From a virus, in IMG/VR virus record IMGVR_UViG_3300029612_000021: a stretch of 38,550 nt of DNA. One strand, written 5' to 3'. The position numbers and the translations under genes are program-made. Below are positions 33,764 through 38,550 of this stretch, piece after piece (position 1 is the stretch's first letter; each line of letters begins with the position of its first letter). The notes beneath the pieces are model-generated. The model was not told the DNA's origin and made no database searches. It worked only from the letters and a program-made list of their open reading frames with translations.

Positions 33764-34194
33764 GCGGCCTGCGGTTTGAATCCATGGCGGACATGCCGCC
33801 GCGGATGCGGGAGCTTTATGCACGGCAGCAGATGCCGGGGGCTGCCGCGGGGCCGAAGAAGGCCTCGAAGTATCACAGCACGCCAGCCGAGCGCGGCGAG
33901 CTGCGCTTCGACAGCCAGAAGGAGGCGCGGCGGTATGACGAGCTGATGGTCATGCTTCGGGCCGGGATCATCTCCGATCTGCGCCTGCAGCCGCAGTTCA
34001 CCTTGCAGGAGAGTTACATCACCGAGACCGGTGAGCGTATTCGCGCAGTGCGGTACACGGCGGACTTTTCGTACAAATTCGGCGGCAAGCTCGTCGTCGA
34101 AGATGTGAAGACCAAGCCGACGCGGACAAAGGAGTATCTGCGCAACCGGAAATTCATGCGGTCAAAATTTGGAATCGACATACAGGAGATTTAA
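33760..34194 (+). CDS. DUF1064-like putative endonuclease
   Basis: KYHSTPAERGELRFDSQKEARRYDEL...LRLQPQF...YTADFSY matches the DUF1064 pattern (from memory). Confidence 0.7.
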   Translation: MSGLRFESMADMPPRMRELYARQQMPGAAAGPKKASKYHSTPAERGELRFDSQKEARRYDELMVMLRAGIISDLRLQPQFTLQESYITETGERIRAVRYTADFSYKFGGKLVVEDVKTKPTRTKEYLRNRKFMRSKFGIDIQEI

Positions 34195-34196
34195 AC

Positions 34197-34403
34197 ATGC
34201 CGGAAGAAAAAAACGAGAGCAGCCCGCGCGAGGCATGCGGGCTGCCGAAGCAGGGCAATGCCTGTCCGTATGCAAAGCTCGCGCCAGATCTTTGCGCGCG
34301 GTGCGGCTGGAGCCCGGATGAGCACGCGCGGCGGCAGGCGCTGCCGCTGACCGAGAACGCCGACGGGCTGCGGCACAAAGACATCAGACAGCCCGAGGAC
34401 TAA
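34197..34403 (+). CDS. hypothetical 68-aa protein
   Basis: ATG follows AGGAG. Confidence 0.4.
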   Translation: MPEEKNESSPREACGLPKQGNACPYAKLAPDLCARCGWSPDEHARRQALPLTENADGLRHKDIRQPED

Positions 34404-34756
34404 GATCAGCAATCAGCCGGGGAACCATATTTTTTCGGACTTATGCCGCGGCCGCTCCGCCATGAGACGGCTGCGGGAGGATCACCTCGGCTCTGCACCC
34501 GGCCCGCGAAACCTCAAGCCCGCGGGCCGGGGATAAAAAGCGCGTGTGGAACGTGCGCGCGGATGGAAACCATCAACGTTACCCCACGCCGGGTGTCGGG
34601 ATCGCCCGGCGGCATCGTGTTACCTCCTTATGGAAAGCTGCCTGAGCAGACAAGGGCAGCTCGTCTGCGGCGACAGGGGGACGCGCAGGCGCAGGCGGTG
34701 CAAGTCCGCTCTGCATAGGGGCCGGGAGACCGGCCCCTGACGAAAGGAGAATGGAA
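34404..34756 (+). other. hairpin-dense GC-rich non-coding region (candidate structured RNA or single-strand origin)
   Basis: No credible ORF. Stems at 34446-34476, 34498-34531 (11 bp, perfect), 34540-34560 and 34587-34611. Interleaved pairings at 34637-34668. GNRA hairpin at 34718-34737. Confidence 0.45.
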
Positions 34757-35170
34757 ATGTCGCACGTAGTCGACCTGACGGGCACGGATTTTGGATATTT
34801 GCACGTCATCGGGCGGGATACCAGCAAAAAAGGAGACACGGCACACTGGATCTGCCGGTGTAAATGCGGGACCATCTGCAGCAAGGACGGCAGATACCTC
34901 CGGAACGGGCATGCAAAAAGCTGCGGCTGCTTCCGGAAAGAACGCGCGGCCACGCTCGTCACCAAGAAGGATCCAGCCAAAAAGCCAAAAGCCGAACCGA
35001 AGAAGAAAAAATTCGGCCGCGGCCCGCAGTGGGCAGGATCCGGGATCTGTTACAACCCACTCTGCCCGACGCGCAACAACTACCGCGGCGCCTGGAGCTG
35101 CACCGAATGCCGCTTCTGCCCGGAACGCAAATTTGCCCGCCAGTCGAGGCGGGAAGTACTTACAATTTGA
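34757..35170 (+). CDS. zinc-finger phage protein (CxC...CG...SCGC type)
   Basis: The ATG at 34757 has better SD spacing than 34751. LTGTDFGYLHVIGRD...HWICRCKCGTICS...GHAKSCGC. Confidence 0.55.
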   Translation: MSHVVDLTGTDFGYLHVIGRDTSKKGDTAHWICRCKCGTICSKDGRYLRNGHAKSCGCFRKERAATLVTKKDPAKKPKAEPKKKKFGRGPQWAGSGICYNPLCPTRNNYRGAWSCTECRFCPERKFARQSRREVLTI

Positions 35171-35183
35171 AGGGAGAATCGCA

Positions 35184-35531
35184 ATGGGAAAGATCATGGA
35201 GCTGTTTTATGGCGAGCTCGGCGGATTCCAGACGTCCATGGAGGATGCCGGCTGGGAAGTCGAGTTCCGGGATGAGAAATATCCGCCGCGCGTCACCATG
35301 GACCAGCTGACGCCTCCGCTGTTTGAGATGACGGCTGACGGCCCGAAGGAAAACGAGCCCGCCTGCATCCAGGTCATCGGCACGCCGGACCTGCGCGTCG
35401 TAACCACAGGCAAACTGCAGATCGGGAAGAAGGATCTCAACAAGTACATCAACACCGCCCAAAAGCTCCTGCAGCTCTATCTGCACGGCTTTATGCAGGA
35501 GCGCAAGGAAATGGAGGCGGCGCAGGAATGA
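35184..35531 (+). CDS. hypothetical protein
   Basis: 115 aa from the ATG at 35184, which follows AGGGAG. The long upstream extension in the ORF track is R/P/A-rich junk. Confidence 0.5.
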   Translation: MGKIMELFYGELGGFQTSMEDAGWEVEFRDEKYPPRVTMDQLTPPLFEMTADGPKENEPACIQVIGTPDLRVVTTGKLQIGKKDLNKYINTAQKLLQLYLHGFMQERKEMEAAQE

Positions 35532-36097
35532 GTAAGAAAGACAAGTGCCGCCGGGAAGAGCTGCGGCTTGGCAAAAAGGACATGAGCTTTGCGGAGATCA
35601 TGCAGGCAATAGGGGCGTGCAGGGCGGACGACTGCGACAAGTGCCTGCTGAACGGCGGCCCCATCGCAGGATGGTTCCCGGAGGATGTGCCGGACTGCTA
35701 TACCGTGCTGCTCAAAAATGCCGAGGAGAAGCTGCTGGAATACTACCAAAAGATCCGGGAAAACGACGCGGCGGAAGAAAATCAGAGAAAAACAGAAGAA
35801 AATATCAAAAAACGAGGAAGCAAGAGCGAGGGGTTCTTGGACTTGTGCCCCGTTTGCCCGGTATGCAACTATGTCTTCGACGAATTCAGCGTGAGCAACG
35901 ATGCAAGACGGTACATCTTTCCACTTGGCGCAGAAGACACCATTGACTTTAGACTCGAAGAACCAATCATCAGCCCACAAAAATGCCCGCAATGCGGCAT
36001 GAAAATCGCTGGGATTAGGTGGACGGAGCCCAAATTTGTTGGGAACCGCAAGGAATTCTCGTTCAGCCGTCCGCCGGAAGACGTGGAGGAAAAATAG
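35528..36097 (+). CDS. hypothetical protein with zinc-ribbon motifs
   Basis: 189 aa with ATGA coupling. CPVCPVC...CPQC. Confidence 0.5.
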   Translation: MSKKDKCRREELRLGKKDMSFAEIMQAIGACRADDCDKCLLNGGPIAGWFPEDVPDCYTVLLKNAEEKLLEYYQKIRENDAAEENQRKTEENIKKRGSKSEGFLDLCPVCPVCNYVFDEFSVSNDARRYIFPLGAEDTIDFRLEEPIISPQKCPQCGMKIAGIRWTEPKFVGNRKEFSFSRPPEDVEEK

Positions 36098-36100
36098 AAA

Positions 36101-36496
36101 ATGATTTTGCTGGAATGCACAGTCGCACTGCGTGACGGCGATCGGAAAAAGCTTCAGGAGCAGCTTGCGGCGGAGATCGGGCAGCCAGTCGTTATTCTGC
36201 CGAACAGCATATTGCGGGCGAAAGAGCGGAATATCCTGTTCCTTTGCGACAGAAAGGCTTGCGAGAAATGCAGCTATCCACAGTGCAGGCATACGCCGGA
36301 GCTGGAACACGCCAGAAATTTTGCACCAGCAGGATTTACAAAGCGCACGGACGGCGTGTGGGTAGAGCAGGAGGGCGCAACGATGGAAGGGAAGATCGAC
36401 CAGGACAAACTTGAAAAGAGGCTGGTTGAAGCAATGAGGGAGGCGATGGGACTTGAAACAGAAAAACGCAGTCCGCATGGTCTGGCGCTGGGATGA
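36101..36496 (+). CDS. hypothetical protein
   Basis: 131 aa with a GGAGGAAAAA SD. Confidence 0.5.
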   Translation: MILLECTVALRDGDRKKLQEQLAAEIGQPVVILPNSILRAKERNILFLCDRKACEKCSYPQCRHTPELEHARNFAPAGFTKRTDGVWVEQEGATMEGKIDQDKLEKRLVEAMREAMGLETEKRSPHGLALG

Positions 36497-36653
36497 TATC
36501 TTCCGTGTCTACCGATGCCCATACTGCGGCAGACCGGAGAAACCGTGCTTCGAACTCTGGAAAAAAGGCGGTTTGAAAAAGAGCCTGCCGAGCCGCTGTA
36601 CATACTGCAAAGGAGAATTGGAAGGAGTGGAAGGAGAAGAAAATGATCATTGA
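36453..36653 (+). CDS. small zinc-ribbon protein
   Basis: 66 aa with a TTG start after GAGGGAGG. CPYC...CTYC. Confidence 0.4.
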   Translation: MKQKNAVRMVWRWDDIFRVYRCPYCGRPEKPCFELWKKGGLKKSLPSRCTYCKGELEGVEGEENDH

Positions 36654-36906
36654 GATTTTGGAGCTTGCTGCCGCGCTGGAGTGGATCGCGCTGGGCGTGC
36701 TGGTGTTTTTCAAACTGCGGAGCCTGAAACGTCAGGCAGAAGTAGTGCTCGAGACACTGGACGCCGCAGCCTGGAAAAGCATTAAACAAGAAGAGGAGGT
36801 CTGGCGCAAGAACACCCCGAACGAGATTAGGGCAGCGTTCGGCTTTCCGCCGATAACGCCAACAGAATACACAGAAATGAAAATACGAGAGGAAACGGCC
36901 CGCTGA
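36643..36906 (+). CDS. small membrane protein
   Basis: 87 aa. TM LELAAALEWIALGVLVFF. GGAAGGAGAAG SD. Confidence 0.5.
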   Translation: MIIEILELAAALEWIALGVLVFFKLRSLKRQAEVVLETLDAAAWKSIKQEEEVWRKNTPNEIRAAFGFPPITPTEYTEMKIREETAR

Positions 36907-36969
36907 ACGCATGGCCGGAATTTCCGGCCACGCTTTGAGCGGGCAGAAAAAACAAAGGAGGGCTACAGC

Positions 36970-37775
36970 ATGCAATGGGAACAGGGATGCTTATTCGATG
37001 ACAACCCGGAATACGATGCGTTCACGGAGAAATTCAAACCCAAAAAGACAACGGACGACTGCTACACGCCACCGCTTGTTTATGATGCGATCCAGGATTG
37101 GGCGTGCAGTGAATATGGGATTGACCCGGCATGCATCGTGCGGCCATTCTATCCGGGTGGGGACTATGAACGTTTTGACTATCCGGACGCTGCGTCGTGC
37201 TGGACAACCCGCCTTTTTCGATTCTTTCAAAAATCTGCGAATTCTACATAGACAGAGGGATTGCGTTCTTTCTTTTTGCGCCATCGCTCACGGCGTTCTC
37301 CAGCCGATCAGTTGTGCTGAGGATGAACCATATCATTTGCGATGCAGTCATCACGTATGAAAATGGCGCAGTCGTTCACACGGCGTTTGTAACAAGTTTC
37401 GGAGGAAACATCGCGCAGAGCGCCCCGACGCTCAGAAAAGCGGTCGAGCGGGCGATGCGGCAGATTAAGGCGGAGACAAAAAAGGAGCTGCCGAAATATA
37501 CATATCCGGACCATGTGCTGACGACAGCCATGCTGCAGAAATATGCGAACTACGGTATAGAGTTTGCGGTTAAGCGCGAGGACTGCACGTACGTTGAAAA
37601 GCTGGACAGTCAGCGCGCAGCGGGAAAGAAAATCTTTGGTGGCGGGCTGCTGCTGTCAAACCGAGCTGCCGCCGAGAAAGCTGCAGCCGAGAAAGCTGCA
37701 GCCGAGAAAGCCACCGCGCACGTCTGGGAGCTGTCTGAATGTGAAAAGGGCATCATTGCGAGCCTCGGGAAATAA
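36970..37775 (+). pseudogene. N6-adenine DNA methyltransferase interrupted by a frame change near 37188-37196
   Basis: The N-terminal frame carries DDCYTPP...PFYPGGDYERFDYPD. The -1 frame continues VVLDNPPFSILSKI...FFLFAP. No slippery or homopolymer sequence occurs at the junction. Confidence 0.65.
37665..37709 (+). repeat. 3 x 15-bp tandem repeat encoding (AAEKA)3
   Basis: gctgccgccgagaaa / gctgcagccgagaaa / gctgcagccgagaaa. Confidence 0.9.
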
Positions 37776-37793
37776 ACCGAGGAAGGAGGAGCT

Positions 37794-38550
37794 ATGGTAA
37801 AGCGACACAAGCGCCGCCTGTTTACAGGGGCGGTATGTACGCAGATCGTTTATACAGTGTCCGATGGCGCGGACAAAAAGACCAGCAAGCCGCGAAAGCC
37901 GCGCTTCCAGACGCAGGCGGAGCGCGATGAATTCAACAGCAAGCAATCGCTGGATCGGCTCGTTGCGCTGATGAACGCCAATTTCTCGCCCACAAGCCTG
38001 TATTCCACCCTGACATTGGATGCAGAAAACGAGGTACATACCGCAGAAGAAATGCGCAGAGTGCGCGACAACCTTGTGCGTCGCATGCAGTATCACTATC
38101 CGGAGGCAAAAATCGTTGCTTTCTACGGAAGAGGAAAAACAACCAATCGATTCCATTTGCACCTGGTAACAGAGGGAATCCCGGAAGAAGCCATCGGCGG
38201 GCTTTGGGGGCTCGGCAGCGTGATCGAGGTTCGGCACCTGCGAAAGCACAACTATTATATAGACGAGCAGGGAAACAAGGCCGACCACGGCCAGGACTAC
38301 ACAGCACTTGCCAGTTACCTGCATGCGCACTGGAGAAAAGAATTCGGCGGCCACCGGTACAAGGCGACGCGAAATTGTATCCGCCCAGAGCCGGAGCCTG
38401 CGACCGAGGCCGTGCGCGAGTACAGCCCCAAGCATCCGCCCGTCGCCCCGCGAGGTTACATTCTCGTAGAGGCCCGGACGACAAAGTACGGGTATCAATA
38501 TTATAAGTATGTAGTCGACCCAAGATCAGAGAACAAGCGGAACGGGAGCC
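37794..38550 (+). CDS. HUH rolling-circle replication initiator-like protein (continues to 110 across the junction; 255 aa in total)
   Basis: ATG follows GGAAGGAGGAG. Motif order is LYSTLTLD (motif 1-like), NRFHLHLVTEG (HUH), then Tyr-containing ALASYLHAHW / HRYKATR. Confidence 0.65.
   Translation, partial: MVKRHKRRLFTGAVCTQIVYTVSDGADKKTSKPRKPRFQTQAERDEFNSKQSLDRLVALMNANFSPTSLYSTLTLDAENEVHTAEEMRRVRDNLVRRMQYHYPEAKIVAFYGRGKTTNRFHLHLVTEGIPEEAIGGLWGLGSVIEVRHLRKHNYYIDEQGNKADHGQDYTALASYLHAHWRKEFGGHRYKATRNCIRPEPEPATEAVREYSPKHPPVAPRGYILVEARTTKYGYQYYKYVVDPRSENKRNGS
38452..38550. repeat. terminal direct repeat, copy 2 (identical to 1-99)
   Basis: Compared base by base. Confidence 0.97.

Larger units (their letters stand above)
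1..38451. mobile_element. complete temperate tailed-phage genome, circularly permuted in this window
   Basis: Bases 1-99 equal 38452-38550. An ORF starting at 37794 reads through the junction to a stop at 108-110. Head, tail, lysis, lysogeny and early modules are all present. Confidence 0.85.

Noticed and set aside
34697-34737. GGTGCAAGTCCGC plus GCCGGGAGACCGGCC resembling a cobalamin-riboswitch core and B12 box. The first element also resembles a tRNA T-arm or twister-like CAAGYCC.
   Set aside because: The other conserved cobalamin elements and their order are absent. The 'B12 box' is simply a perfect palindromic GNRA hairpin. No matching acceptor stem exists for a tRNA. I could not map a twister fold. 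It is kept only as an unassigned structured region.
34443-34740. Plus-strand ORFs 34443-34718 and 34546-34740 in the long intergenic region
   Set aside because: They are Arg/Pro/Gly-rich and low in complexity. Neither has an SD, and the frames overlap each other. They are most likely non-coding.
35477-36478. 333-aa minus-strand ORF across the early region. Similar cases are 31594-32280, 32282-32953, 15941-16861, 12287-13057 and 2056-2787.
   Set aside because: All are antisense to chains of translationally coupled + strand genes with good SD sequences. None has motifs or start signals.

Overview
This window holds one complete, circularly permuted genome of a GC-rich temperate siphovirus-type phage. 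The unit length is 38,451 bp: bases 1-99 recur at 38452-38550, and one gene reads across the junction. The + strand starts with a late regulator, HNH endonuclease, small and large terminase, and an HK97-type portal, ClpP-like protease and major capsid. Next come head-tail connectors, the major tail protein, a -1 frameshifted tail-chaperone pair, the tape measure and a 760-aa distal-tail protein. A block of fibre or receptor-binding-type genes follows, then three small membrane proteins (one an LL-H-type holin) and a Cys/His endolysin. The accessory and lysogeny region spans 21.2-28.1 kb, mostly on the - strand. It contains a ToxN/AbiQ-type toxin preceded by 3 x 37-nt tandem repeats and an internal terminator, which is type III toxin-antitoxin architecture. 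It also contains a three-gene + strand cassette, a large serine integrase, a membrane-anchored XRE protein, a HIRAN-like/TM/duplicated-ectodomain protein, a CI-like repressor and a divergent-promoter switch with palindromic operators. The early region (28.1-38.5 kb, + strand) carries about 25 mostly small genes. These include a C5 methyltransferase, a split N6 methyltransferase, a PAPS-reductase-like protein, DUF551/DUF4406/DUF1064-like proteins and an HUH Rep-like initiator. The strongest leads are: (1) the phage-borne ToxIN/AbiQ-like RNA-protein system; (2) a 169-codon +1-frame ORF with its own strong SD embedded in the C5-methyltransferase gene, where third-position GC of the methyltransferase frame drops locally; (3) a G9 tract that splits a fibre-region gene; (4) a 350-nt hairpin-dense non-coding block; (5) the HUH Rep as the only recognisable replication gene. 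I saw no tRNA, rRNA or CRISPR array. All family assignments rest on reading the translations and remembered motifs, not on searches.
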